The notes under the pieces were generated by a model. The model ran no database searches and was not told the origin of the DNA. It saw only the letters and a program-made list of their open reading frames with translations. Position numbers and translations under genes: made by a program. Shown here piece after piece: positions 24,192 to 33,865 of a stretch of 64,000 nucleotides of DNA. The DNA comes from Tetramitus jugosus (Eukaryota > Protista > Heterolobosea), in the NCBI GenBank assembly GCA_937625935.1, contig OW569394.1:248001-312000 (forward strand), written 5' to 3'. Numbering within the stretch: position 1 is the first letter of the stretch; each line of letters begins with the position of its first letter.

Positions 24192-25559
24192 CTACGAATT
24201 TCCAAGAGTTTGATAAATGCTTTGTTGAGCTTCACTCGACGCCGAAAAACGTGTCATGATAACACGTATCATTTCCCTTGTTTCATTGACCTTTGTCATT
24301 GAATCCTGCATCTGTTGCATCTGCTCACTCAACAAACGATCGTGTTTACCAAGTGCCTTGATGAGATCCGTTTCTTGAGCCAAACGAATTTCATTCTCGT
24401 TCATACGAGCCATTCGATGTCTCTGTTGTTCCCTTCTCTGATCCATTTTTTGCTTGAGCTTGTATTGACTACTGAGCTCACCAAACTTTCTTCCAATAAT
24501 CATGGACGGTAGCGCAATGACCAACACGCCCACAACAATGGAAGCACCACCCACGAGCTTACCTAGAGCACTTGTTGGAATCATGTCACCATAACCTGTT
24601 GTGGTCATACTAACAATGGCCCACCAAGCACAAATAGGAATGTTTTGAAAGGGTGAAACAGTGCCATTAGACAAGACAAACTGACGAGTTTTTGCATCAA
24701 ATTTTCCCCTCTCCAAATAATAAATCAGAGTAGAGGCAATGAGCAGTGCAATGAGTAGATACATGAGTATCGCACCCAACACATCCATGCTCTTGCTAAT
24801 AGCTAACAACAAGAGCTGAACTTGAGTGATACGAATGAGTCGAAACACTCTAAACAGTCTTAACACACGAAAGATACCAATGTTAATCTTTGAGTGAAAA
24901 GCAAAGCTTGCCAAGTCCAGAATTACCTCGACATAAAAGGGAACAAATGACAATAGGTCAATAACGTTCATGGGGCCTTTGACAAACTTCCAAACTTGAG
25001 TCAATGAGTCACAAGTAGCATACAGACGCAACAAGTACTCTAGAGTGAAGAAACCAACAATCACAGCTTCAGCTATCCACCATGCCTTGTTATTGTACTG
25101 TGAGGGAAAGCTTTCCACAACTAGGAAAGCAACCGACAACAAAATCACAAGCACAACGAGACAGCCCCAAATCGTAGCGAGCCACGAACTGCGCGGTCGC
25201 TCTAAAATGTCCGCTAAAGCCCCCTTGAATTTTACGTAGCGGGCCGCCAACGTTCTGGTGCGCGGATTTGAGTTCGCGTAAGATTCTCCGCCGTCGTCAA
25301 AACTATTTTCCCTGCTGCCACCATCCTCCAAGCCGTGCTCATTTCTCCTGCTGCTTCCACCATGGTGACCTCCACCACGTCTACTCCCTCCTGTTTCATC
25401 ATCAATAATGGAAGCTAAGTTTCGATCAATGGACATTCTAGAGGGTACATAGACTTCACCATCAGCAAAATCGATGCCAGACACAATTACACTGTCGTCA
25501 TCAATGGCACTGTCGTTTCTGCCATGATGATGATGATGAGTCAGGTGGTTGTTTGTCAT
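24192..25559 (-). CDS. Voltage-gated potassium channel (6TM Kv-like, no T1 domain)
   Basis: S4 'IFRVLRLFRVFRLIR', pore 'WWAIVSMTTTGYGDMIP', S6 'GVLVIALP', C-terminal coiled coil. Confidence 0.93.
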   Translation of the reverse strand: MTNNHLTHHHHHGRNDSAIDDDSVIVSGIDFADGEVYVPSRMSIDRNLASIIDDETGGSRRGGGHHGGSSRRNEHGLEDGGSRENSFDDGGESYANSNPRTRTLAARYVKFKGALADILERPRSSWLATIWGCLVVLVILLSVAFLVVESFPSQYNNKAWWIAEAVIVGFFTLEYLLRLYATCDSLTQVWKFVKGPMNVIDLLSFVPFYVEVILDLASFAFHSKINIGIFRVLRLFRVFRLIRITQVQLLLLAISKSMDVLGAILMYLLIALLIASTLIYYLERGKFDAKTRQFVLSNGTVSPFQNIPICAWWAIVSMTTTGYGDMIPTSALGKLVGGASIVVGVLVIALPSMIIGRKFGELSSQYKLKQKMDQRREQQRHRMARMNENEIRLAQETDLIKALGKHDRLLSEQMQQMQDSMTKVNETREMIRVIMTRFSASSEAQQSIYQTLGNS

Positions 25560-25624
25560 GAAATGTTTTTGTTCGTTTTTTGAATGCGCGGGAATTTTTG
25601 GCAATATTTTTTGAGCGGGATAAA

Positions 25625-25744
25625 AGCCTACATTACTGAGGGTTCTCGAGTAGTCTCCTATCTCAATACTAACTCAGCCAGATGGTGCTTAACTTCTCTA
25701 TTCGAAATGGGAAGAGGTGGTTCCACCATTGTATGAACGTAGAC
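25625..25744 (-). rRNA. 5S rRNA gene (single dispersed copy)
   Basis: Reverse complement reads GTCTACGTTCATAC...GAAGTTAAGC...GTTAGTATTGAGATAGGAGAC...GAACCCTCAGTAATGTAGGCT, 120 nt. The 5' and 3' ends pair (GTCTAC/GTAGGC), box A and box C are recognisable, and a T-run terminator follows. Confidence 0.93.
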
Positions 25745-25770
25745 ACTCTAAAGAAGAAAATGAGCGTTTT

Positions 25771-25782
25771 TGGTTCGCGAAG
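25771..25782. repeat. Left copy of 12-bp direct repeat (putative TSD) TGGTTCGCGAAG
   Basis: Exact match to 26120-26131. Confidence 0.8.
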
Positions 25783-26119
25783 GAAAGTCTAGCCGTAACT
25801 GAACTGCTTAGGAATGATGAGCATAGAAACGGACGCCATCATGGAGGTCGCTGATGGTCTTATGTCTGGAGGAATGAAGAAGCCACTGGCACAGAAGAAA
25901 GCCAAAACATATGTTAATAGTGTCAAGAGGAGATATCTTAAGACTCTTCACCACCTGTTCACTACAACGAAGGATAAGTGTAATCAACGACAATGACGCT
26001 CTCCGAGAATCATTGCCTACCAACTGGTAACTAACCAGGGCCTACGCTCTTCGAGCGTAGGCAAGTGAATAAGCAAGACAATAAAAAGAGCAACCGAAAT
26101 GGTTGTATTTAAAAAAAAA
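25783..26119 (+). mobile_element. Putative 5'-truncated non-LTR retrotransposon or SINE-like insert with poly(A) tail and 12-bp TSD
   Basis: Flanked by identical TGGTTCGCGAAG at 25771-25782 and 26120-26131. Ends in A9 (26111-26119) after AATAAA (26080-26085). Contains a short ORF remnant (to 25996) and a hairpin-rich 3' region. Confidence 0.65.
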
Positions 26120-26131
26120 TGGTTCGCGAAG
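26120..26131. repeat. Right copy of 12-bp direct repeat (putative TSD) TGGTTCGCGAAG
   Basis: Exact match to 25771-25782; directly follows the A9 tract. Confidence 0.8.
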
Positions 26132-26199
26132 AGATATTTGTCAAAGATTTTTCATTTTGTGAAGTGTATACTCATTTGTTTTGCAAGCAATGAGATGAC

Positions 26200-26960
26200 T
26201 TGAAGGAGCAATTCAACACATTCGACTTGATCATATCAAGCATGCATTTTGATTCACACGTGTGAATGCCTGTCAAGTAAGCAAGTGCATTGTCAGCCAT
26301 TCGAGTGCAACGACCCATATCAAGTGTGAATGCTTGTCAAATTAGAAACTCCATCATCAGTGATTTGAGTGCAACCATTTATATCGAGTGTGTGAATGCC
26401 AGTCAAAAAAGAAAGTCCCAGGTTTGCGATTGGCAGTATTTCATCTCAAGGACATGAGTTCCATTCAAGTGAGAAAAGGCATCGTCTGAGACTTGCCAAC
26501 AATAATTCATAGAGAGCGTTCTAATACTTTCAAGTAAGAGAAAAGGCTCGATCTGTGATTTGATCACAAATATCCACATCAAGTGTGTGAATACCAACTA
26601 ACCAAACAAAGGCATCATCAGTAATGTTTTTAGCACCACTCATGTTGAGTGTGTGGATGCCCACCAGAAATGGAAGGTGCTCATCTGTCACTTTCAGATT
26701 ACTCTCTGCCAAGTCAAAATTGAACAGTGATCCTTTTGTTAATTGAAACCCGTTTTCAATTTCTTGTTCATTCAAAGTTCTTCTTAGGTTCTCTTCTTGT
26801 TGTACATGACCATTCGATTGAAATGGAATTGATTCATTTCCTTACAAGTGTAACTCAATTTCAATGATTTTTGACCACGTAACTTTTTGACCCATAAGAT
26901 GACAACAAGTTGCAAGACGAGGAAACCACAAAACAACCATGATTCGTGAGAGACATCGTC
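26200..26960 (-). pseudogene. Degraded F-box/LRR (AMN1-like cysteine-containing LRR) gene; boundaries approximate
   Basis: Repeats of 'L.GIHTL(N/D)...C..ITD.AF' are spread over several frames with stops (ORFs 26530-26775 and 26403-26597, plus 'GIHTLDINGCTQITDDG' downstream). Upstream 'LKLSYTCKEM' resembles the end of an F-box. Confidence 0.7.
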
Positions 26961-27157
26961 TTCTGCTTTTTGGTTCACCCCGAAGCCTCTGCAACAACTC
27001 GTCCTACATCCACTCACCTCTGCCGGTGTCTGAGTTGATCTTCCTCAACAGTCAAGTGTATATCTTCGAAAAACAACGTTTCAAACCCTTATGAAGCAAA
27101 AACAAACGGCCGCGCGAATCGGCGCGCGCTGTAGTCAAACGTTTTGTAATACATCGA

Positions 27158-27239
27158 GCATTCGTGGCCGAGTGGTCTAAGGCGTCCGACTCAAGTTCGG
27201 ATATCTCCGGATGCGTGGGTTCAAATCCCACCGAATGCA
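27158..27239 (+). tRNA. tRNA-Leu (anticodon CAA), intronless
   Basis: Acceptor stem GCATTCG/CGAATGC, D-arm TGGCCGAGTGGTCTAAGGC, anticodon arm TCCGA-CTCAAGT-TCGGA, long variable arm, T-loop GGTTCAAATCC, discriminator A. Confidence 0.97.
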
Positions 27240-27242
27240 CAG

Positions 27243-27247
27243 TTTTT
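27243..27247 (+). terminator. Pol III oligo(T) terminator of tRNA-Leu
   Basis: T5 starting 4 nt after the tRNA 3' end. Confidence 0.75.
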
Positions 27248-27629
27248 CCAAACTGTTTTCTTATAAGATGAAGGTTGTATTTTCAAAGGAGTTCTGGAAG
27301 ATTTTGCAACAGAAAATATCGAATCTCAACAAAAGATTCAGTGAGAATCCTTTCAAGCTCCAATTGATTGACACCCAGCTGTGTTTTTATTTGATGGTAG
27401 GGACCTCCCAAAACACCTCACAAAAATCTCAACACGTGATATCCAGTTCCTTTTGGTGTCCGTTGACCAACACCACCTCAAACTTCACACAACAACCTGT
27501 AGCTCCTCGTCCTCCACGTCCTCCACGAAAGAAATAAATCTTGACACCCCAACCAACACCCTTGAACACAAAAAAAAAACAACTAACCACAAACAACAAA
27601 AACCCACCAAAACCAACCAAAAAAACAAA

Positions 27630-28733
27630 ATGTCTGTCGTCGCAACAACTAAAGTGAGTGAAAATCACTTGAAACAAACCACAAACACTGTACTCATGGT
27701 CCGCCCAGTTCACTTTGAGTTCAATGCCCAAACCGCTCTCGACAATGAATTTCAAATTCAAAAAATCGGTCAAATGGTTCATTCTACCGCCAATTCGGAG
27801 TTTTCCAAGGCGGTTGAAATTCTCCGACAAGAAGGAATCAACGTACTTGTGTTGGAAGGTGAAAATGAAGATGAAGAAAATCAAGGTCTCATTCGTCTTC
27901 CTGATGCCGTTTTTCCCAATAATTGGTTTGGTACCAATCAAGACGGAAAAATTATTGTTTATACGATGGCGACGGAGAATCGTCGGGCGGAGACAAGAAG
28001 ATTGTCCGATGTCACCCGTCTACTGTCAGAAAATGGATATGAATTTGACACGCAAGTGGTGGTGATGCAACAAGAGTTGAACAATATTGCACCAAGTCAA
28101 TCATTCAGTCAAGACGTATTGGAAGGTACTGGAGCTCTCGTAATTGATCATATTCAAGGTATTGCTTATGCTGCAAAATCAGTTCGTTGTCATCCGTTTG
28201 CAATGAACAGAATGATCAAGTCACCACATTTTACTGTCAAGAAATCCATCATGTTTGAGACGTTGAGCTCCACTGGAAAGGAATTTTATCATACGAATGT
28301 CATGTTGAGTATTGGTACTCAATTTGCAGTCGTATGCACAGAAAGTATTGTTGAAAAAGTGAGTGGAGAATATGAGAATCAGAGTGGAGATGGTAGTGGA
28401 GAAAGTGAAAGTGGTGTTGTTTTCTATGGTCGGGCTCAAGTTTTGCAAAGCTTGCAAAACAGCGGAAGAACTCTGATTGAAGTTTCATTGGAACAGGCGG
28501 AAAAATACTTTTGCGCCAATATTTTGGAGGTGCGCGGAGAAAATGAAGAAGCAAGAATTGTAATGTCGGAGAGTGCATTCAGAGGTTTTACGGAAGAACA
28601 GAGACAAGTGCTGGGTCAGTTTGGAAAGTTGGTGGCTGTGCCTATTGGAGAAGCCATTGAACCTGTTGGAGGAGGCTCCAGTCGATGCATGCTCGCTGAA
28701 GTCTTTTTGCCAAGAAGAACACCACAAGAATAA
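27630..28733 (+). CDS. Amidinotransferase / arginine-deiminase-superfamily hydrolase (CtlX-like citrulline utilisation hydrolase)
   Basis: Motifs 'TTNTVLMVRP..F.FN.QTA.DN.FQ', 'PDAVFPNNWF', 'LEGTG', 'YHTNVM', and C-terminal catalytic 'GGGSSRCMLAE'. Intronless; ATG follows an A-rich leader. Confidence 0.85.
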   Translation: MSVVATTKVSENHLKQTTNTVLMVRPVHFEFNAQTALDNEFQIQKIGQMVHSTANSEFSKAVEILRQEGINVLVLEGENEDEENQGLIRLPDAVFPNNWFGTNQDGKIIVYTMATENRRAETRRLSDVTRLLSENGYEFDTQVVVMQQELNNIAPSQSFSQDVLEGTGALVIDHIQGIAYAAKSVRCHPFAMNRMIKSPHFTVKKSIMFETLSSTGKEFYHTNVMLSIGTQFAVVCTESIVEKVSGEYENQSGDGSGESESGVVFYGRAQVLQSLQNSGRTLIEVSLEQAEKYFCANILEVRGENEEARIVMSESAFRGFTEEQRQVLGQFGKLVAVPIGEAIEPVGGGSSRCMLAEVFLPRRTPQE

Positions 28734-29001
28734 GCAACCTATCGCGAGGCATTGATGACAACACGCACACCGTTACATGTTTGAGATTTATCTCTCTCAA
28801 ATAAAACAAGCAAACAAAATTTTGAACCAAAAAAACAAAAAGCTCAAAGCCAATCTGGAAAATTGAATTCTATTTGGCCGCGCAAAAATATCTCCGACAA
28901 GCAAAAAAATGGGAGCGACACAGTTCACAAACAGAAAAAGCACATTTTTTGTTGAACAACAAACAGAAAACAAACGAAATCAATCAAAATTTTTTTTTAT
29001 C

Positions 29002-29732
29002 ATGCAACATAAATCAAGTTCAGTGATCCGACTACACACGGATTGGAAAAATATGGAAAGAGATCCACCAGAGGGATGTTCTGCTGCACCTATTGATGAG
29101 AGTGATCTCTATGTGTGGAATGCGTCTGTTGTAGGACCTGAACAATCACCGTGGGAAGGTGGTTTATTCACATTGAAATTAAGTACGTGTGTATATATGA
29201 TTTTTTTATGCGAAAGCTAAAGCTTTTTATTTGTTCTGTTTTTTTTTTTGAGGTTTCAAGTTTTTTTTTGTGTTGTTAGAGCTTGAAATTTTTTTTTGTT
29301 GGTCATTTGGTTATTGGTTATTTGGTTGTTGTGTGATCTTTTGACAAGGAGAAGATGTCAGAGCTAACATGAAAATTTTTGTCTTGTTTGTTGATTGTTC
29401 ATTTGTTGTTTATTTGTTGTTGTTGTTGATCATTAGCTTTTTCTGAAGCTTATCCTTCCAAGCCTCCCAAAGTGCGTTTCCAATGCAAAATGTTTCATCC
29501 CAATATTTACAAGGACGGTAACATTTGTTTGGACATTGTTCAAGACAAGTGGAGTCCCGTGTACACTGTAGGCAGCATATTAACAAGCATTCAGAGTTTA
29601 CTGTGCGATCCAAATGTGGATTCTCCCGCCAATCCTGAGGCCGCTCAATTGTATTTATCGGACAGGAAAGCCTATGATCGAAAGGTGAGAAAATGCGCAG
29701 AGGATTCCATGGAGTCCGCACTCGTCATGTAA
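29002..29732 (+). CDS. UBC2: Ubiquitin-conjugating enzyme E2, Rad6/UBE2A-like
   Basis: Exons 29002-29182 and 29437-29732 join in frame (GTACGT...TAG intron, GCTAAC branch site). Motifs 'PWEGG.F.L...F...YP.KPP.VRF...FHPNIY.DGNICLD...WSPVY....[18 protein letters not shown]'. Confidence 0.9.
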
Positions 29733-30289
29733 ATACAGTAAAAGAATCATCGTAAATACACAGGAGCTTTTTTTAATTGAATACTCAAAACCGTAGTGCC
29801 TGTTGAAATACCTGCTTTAGATCATACAAAGAGGCGACAAGGGTCGGAATTTAAATTTTGTGACAGGTGACTTGTTATCTCAGAGGGTGTTTTAGCTCAA
29901 TTCCATCCTCCTAAGATATTGGCGAGATTCTGTTGGTGTGTGAATGATGAAACTATAGATGAACATTGACACAGTGTGAACGATGTAACAAAAGCTGATG
30001 AGTTAGTTGTTGTGTTTGCGACGTGGTTCATTAGTTTGTCAAAACGAGTGGATACAACAAAGCAAGGACTTCGCGCGTCACAATCTTCGATGGCGGCTAA
30101 TGTCACAATGTCATTAATGTCCGAGAGGCCCTAGTTCAACACCCACTAATTTCAATTTCAAATAATAAAACGGGAAGTGTGCAAAGACAAGTTTCAGATC
30201 CGGGTTGGTAATGCGCCGTTCCATGTACATCACTTTGGGCAGTGAAGTCAACCAGCAAAGCCCTAACCTTCCAACAACAAAACCAAGAC

Positions 30290-33200
30290 ATGAAGACTGT
30301 TTTTCACTGCTCGTTGCTCACTGTGTTTCTTTCTCTTTGTTTGTTAGTCTTGGTTCTGACTTCAGCAGCTCACTGCCTGCCAGAACAGGGTTCATTTGGA
30401 GAGATTGATGTGACAAGTGTTTATACAGAGAATGCCTACGTTCCTGCTGCAATCAAAGTCCAATCCAAAAATTCGATCTACAAATCGTTTCTTGCACTTT
30501 CTTCGACAAACGGCACCCTTGGCTCCATCCCTGTCGATTATGGTATGATTGTGTTTGCCAAATACGATCCACAATTACATGACTACGTATGGGCGACTGC
30601 CATTGATAATGGAGGTTCTTTTTATGCTCCAACACGCATGTTGCCAGCATGTGACAAGGAGTCCCTATTCGTTATGATTCCAAACTGTGCAGGTGGAATC
30701 CCTCAGTTCAACATCACAACTCCTACAGAAAGGTACTCTCTATTGTTAAAGTATGACAAGTTTGGTAAGACCGAGTGGTTCAAGGTCATTCCAATGAACA
30801 GAGCCTTGGGAGACCCAGAGTATCTCTCAGCATACGCCCATTTGTCATGCGAGCAGGACAACAAGGATGCCATCTACTTCTCTGGTACTTTTAGAAACGA
30901 GATTCATTTTGGAGCAACCACACTCTCCTCCAACTCCACTGAACTAAACACATTTGTTGCCAAGTTTGATGAGAATGGAGAAAATGTGTGGGCTTCAACT
31001 GCACAAGGAGTCAGTGTAGTAGCTATCGTCTCTGATGAAGAATGTTTGTACTTGACAGGTACTCTTAAAGAAACAACAATACTTGGTAACTCTACTCTTG
31101 TTCCTATTTCTACTGGAGACATACTCCTGACTAGAATAAACAAGGAGAGTGGACAATTTTTGGATGCCAGCTCCTATGGATATGCCATGTCAGGATTCCC
31201 CACTGATATCGCTCTCGGTACTGATAACTCTGTGATTGTCTCTGGGCACTTCTCTCTCAACACAACTCTGGGCAATTTTACACTCCAAGCAACTGCACAA
31301 TCCATGTTTTTGATGCAAGTTGATAGAATTAGTGGTCAAGTTGCTTGGGCTAAATCTATCTTCTCTAATCCCAATGTAACTAGCTCCGTCTCTGACATTG
31401 ACATTGGTCTTGATGGATCAATTTACATGACTGGAACATGTCATGGAAATGCTACTGTTCGGAATGTCACTGTCTGTCATGAGGGTACTCTGAACTTATT
31501 TGTGACCAAGTTGACTCCTCTTGGTGATGTGTCTTATTTCCTCAATGTTGCCGGTCAGAGTGACGATTCAGCCACTGTGTCTGTTGGCGATGATGGTTCC
31601 ACTTATGCTTATGGATATATTGCCCGAGCCGATGCAAAGGCAACTGGTGGCAGAGTCATCGCTTCTACTGCTTCCCCTGGTCGTGGTGAATTATATGTCG
31701 TTGCCGAAGTGCTAGATCATCCAGCTCAATTCTGTAATGGAACGAATGCTTATGAGCCATCAGTCTGTTCGGGACATGGTAGGTGCAATACAACATGCTC
31801 TTGTTCTCCTGGGTATCTGGGCGATACTTGCCAGAATTGGGGATGCTATGGTTTGTTGCCTTCTTCCAGTGTCGCGTGTAGTGGTACCTCCAGGGGAACG
31901 TGTACGGGACCAAACAAATGCACATGTAATGCAGCATATAGTGGAACTCAATGCGAGCTACTTCCAGTAACAATTTCCTACCAGACCAATATGCCGTCAC
32001 CCAAGTATCCTGCGGCAAAAACTTGGTTCCTTAATGCCACTGCCACTCCCGTTAGACCTTTTGAAAAGGTTGATTATTACTGGCAATTATATGTTAATGG
32101 TACTAATCCTGCTTCGATGGTTCTGGAAACTCCAACAATCCTTATTAACTTAACACAAGCCAAGACCTTCCAATTCAATGTTACTGATATCTATCCTGGT
32201 ACATCATACATGGTCAAATTTTCAGTTGTATTGAAGACCTACGGTCATGGCATTGGCGCTCAGATATCCAATTTCCCAAAGAAAGTAGCGATGGGAGATA
32301 TACTTGTCAATTTAATTCGAGGTGCGATGCTGTATGATACATTTGAATTCAGTACACCTCAAGATAATGCCATCTCCAATTATACATGTGGATACTTGAA
32401 CTCAAAAGGAGAGAGAGTTTACCTCGGTTCATCACTCAATTGGTCGACTTGTAATACTAAATTTTCAGTCCTTGGTACAGTCACTCTGTTCGTTCAGGCT
32501 GTATCCGTGTACAATGATATATTGGAATCGAGACAGAATATTACCGTTTATCTAGGAGATGCACAACAGACTACTGATGCTTTGACAGACAAAGCAAACA
32601 ACCTCAACCAGCTAAACGGAACCCAATTGGAAGAACAACTCAAACAGTACACAGTTGAGTTAATAACCTCACTGCCAACCATTAATCAGAATCAAACATC
32701 TGACTTGTTGAACAATTTGGTGAATATCATTGAATCAAAGCAATCTGAATTGAGCACTGATGCACAAATGGAGGCAGCGAAAACAATTTCAGAGCACTAT
32801 GACATTCTATCAGAGAACTCAACCATCAAGACAGCAGACATTCTGACAAACATCATTCAGAGCAACAGTACCAACATTGATGATATGATTTCTATCGCAC
32901 ATGACCTGGCCAATGTAATGATATCATCCAATAGTTCACAAGTTCAAAAGGAAGCATTCAATTCAGTGGTTACAGTTCTGACTGAAAAGGTGAGACAGAA
33001 TATGACCGAAGGAGAGACAAAAGAGATATCATTCCCGAATCTTGAAACAGTGATTGTTAAACTGAATCAAACCTCTGCCGGTGCTTCTCAAAACACCACC
33101 ATTGTTGTGAGACAACCCTCTACTGGGGCAACAAACAACAACACTGACTACATCGTCATTGATGTTGACAATAAGCAACTCTCGAATGCAAATGCAACGT

Positions 33201-33865
33201 ATGTCCAAGGTTTGGTTACACTAAATCCGACTGGGCAATATCCGAACAAGTGCAACACAAACCAGGTGTCATCTGTCATTTCGACCATGTTGTACACTGA
33301 TCAACAAAAGTTGATTCAAACAGTACCTTCGGACTCAGTCATCCAATCAACAGTCACACTACCAAACAATCTCTTGAATATGAACAATAGTGACTCCTAC
33401 AAATATATGTGTAAGTACTTGGACAGTAACAGTAAGTTGTGGACAAATGATACGTCCATCTGTCATACTGAGACTGTCACTATTGGAGCTTCAAATCAAA
33501 CTGTCGTCGTACAATGTCAATGTTCTCAACCTGGATCTGTCTCCGTTTCACTAGACTATATTCAATCCACCGAATCAGTGGACGAAGGAAATATTGGAGC
33601 AGGTGAGACTGAAACATGTTCCAACCCTTGTGGCTGCTCATCATACACTTCAACAAACTCAGAGAAGAAAGGAATGAAGAAGTATGGTATTGCTCTCATT
33701 GTTGTCGCTTGTTCACTTGTTGTTATAGTCTTAATCATCCTGGCAATAACATCTGTTATCATGCTGGTGATGTTTAAAAAAGGAAAAGGTACTCCAGAGG
33801 TCAAGACAACATCCAGGAAAGCAACAGATGAAATCGAGCAAAGATTCGACACCATGTACAATTAA
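30290..33865 (+). CDS. Type I membrane protein: signal peptide, beta-propeller (SBBP-like), two EGF-like modules, REJ-like, GAIN/degenerate GPS, single TM; stalk paralogous to 19134-21896
   Basis: Blades such as 'IYFSGTF...FG.TTL....TFVAKFDENG..VWA'; EGF 'CSGHGRC...CSCSPGYLG'. Shares stalk motifs with the FReD protein: 'YPNKCN' vs 'YNNKCN', and 'SLDYIQS...TCSNPCGC' vs 'SLDYVQS...TCTNPCGC'. Confidence 0.8.
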   Translation: MKTVFHCSLLTVFLSLCLLVLVLTSAAHCLPEQGSFGEIDVTSVYTENAYVPAAIKVQSKNSIYKSFLALSSTNGTLGSIPVDYGMIVFAKYDPQLHDYVWATAIDNGGSFYAPTRMLPACDKESLFVMIPNCAGGIPQFNITTPTERYSLLLKYDKFGKTEWFKVIPMNRALGDPEYLSAYAHLSCEQDNKDAIYFSGTFRNEIHFGATTLSSNSTELNTFVAKFDENGENVWASTAQGVSVVAIVSDEECLYLTGTLKETTILGNSTLVPISTGDILLTRINKESGQFLDASSYGYAMSGFPTDIALGTDNSVIVSGHFSLNTTLGNFTLQATAQSMFLMQVDRISGQVAWAKSIFSNPNVTSSVSDIDIGLDGSIYMTGTCHGNATVRNVTVCHEGTLNLFVTKLTPLGDVSYFLNVAGQSDDSATVSVGDDGSTYAYGYIARADAKATGGRVIASTASPGRGELYVVAEVLDHPAQFCNGTNAYEPSVCSGHGRCNTTCSCSPGYLGDTCQNWGCYGLLPSSSVACSGTSRGTCTGPNKCTCNAAYSGTQCELLPVTISYQTNMPSPKYPAAKTWFLNATATPVRPFEKVDYYWQLYVNGTNPASMVLETPTILINLTQAKTFQFNVTDIYPGTSYMVKFSVVLKTYGHGIGAQISNFPKKVAMGDILVNLIRGAMLYDTFEFSTPQDNAISNYTCGYLNSKGERVYLGSSLNWSTCNTKFSVLGTVTLFVQAVSVYNDILESRQNITVYLGDAQQTTDALTDKANNLNQLNGTQLEEQLKQYTVELITSLPTINQNQTSDLLNNLVNIIESKQSELSTDAQMEAAKTISEHYDILSENSTIKTADILTNIIQSNSTNIDDMISIAHDLANVMISSNSSQVQKEAFNSVVTVLTEKVRQNMTEGETKEISFPNLETVIVKLNQTSAGASQNTTIVVRQPSTGATNNNTDYIVIDVDNKQLSNANATYVQGLVTLNPTGQYPNKCNTNQVSSVISTMLYTDQQKLIQTVPSDSVIQSTVTLPNNLLNMNNSDSYKYMCKYLDSNSKLWTNDTSICHTETVTIGASNQTVVVQCQCSQPGSVSVSLDYIQSTESVDEGNIGAGETETCSNPCGCSSYTSTNSEKKGMKKYGIALIVVACSLVVIVLIILAITSVIMLVMFKKGKGTPEVKTTSRKATDEIEQRFDTMYN

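Noticed and set aside
25811-25880. C/D snoRNA or hammerhead ribozyme (ATGATGA...CTGA; TGATGAG...GAAAC)
   Set aside because: No terminal D box at a suitable distance, and the hammerhead core lacks the C of CUGAUGA and its stems.
25760-26110. RNase P/MRP RNA, suggested by GGAAAGTCTAGC (CR-I-like) and a partly complementary GCAAGAC near 26073
   Set aside because: There is no room for P2/P3 before the CR-I-like motif, the P4 pairing is imperfect, and the TSD, A-tail and ORF remnant explain the region better. An Infernal scan would settle it.
27381-27629. N-terminal extension of the amidinotransferase ORF (similar extensions at LAS1 35592-35795, Kv 25560-25604 and UBC2 28909-29001)
   Set aside because: Mostly non-ATG starts running through A/C-rich leader sequence; family homology begins at the downstream ATG.
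29940-30002. Possible C/D snoRNA (ATGATGA...CTGA) in the intergenic gap
   Set aside because: Short, with no terminal stem and no recognisable rRNA-complementary guide. The region reads more like a decayed coding relic.
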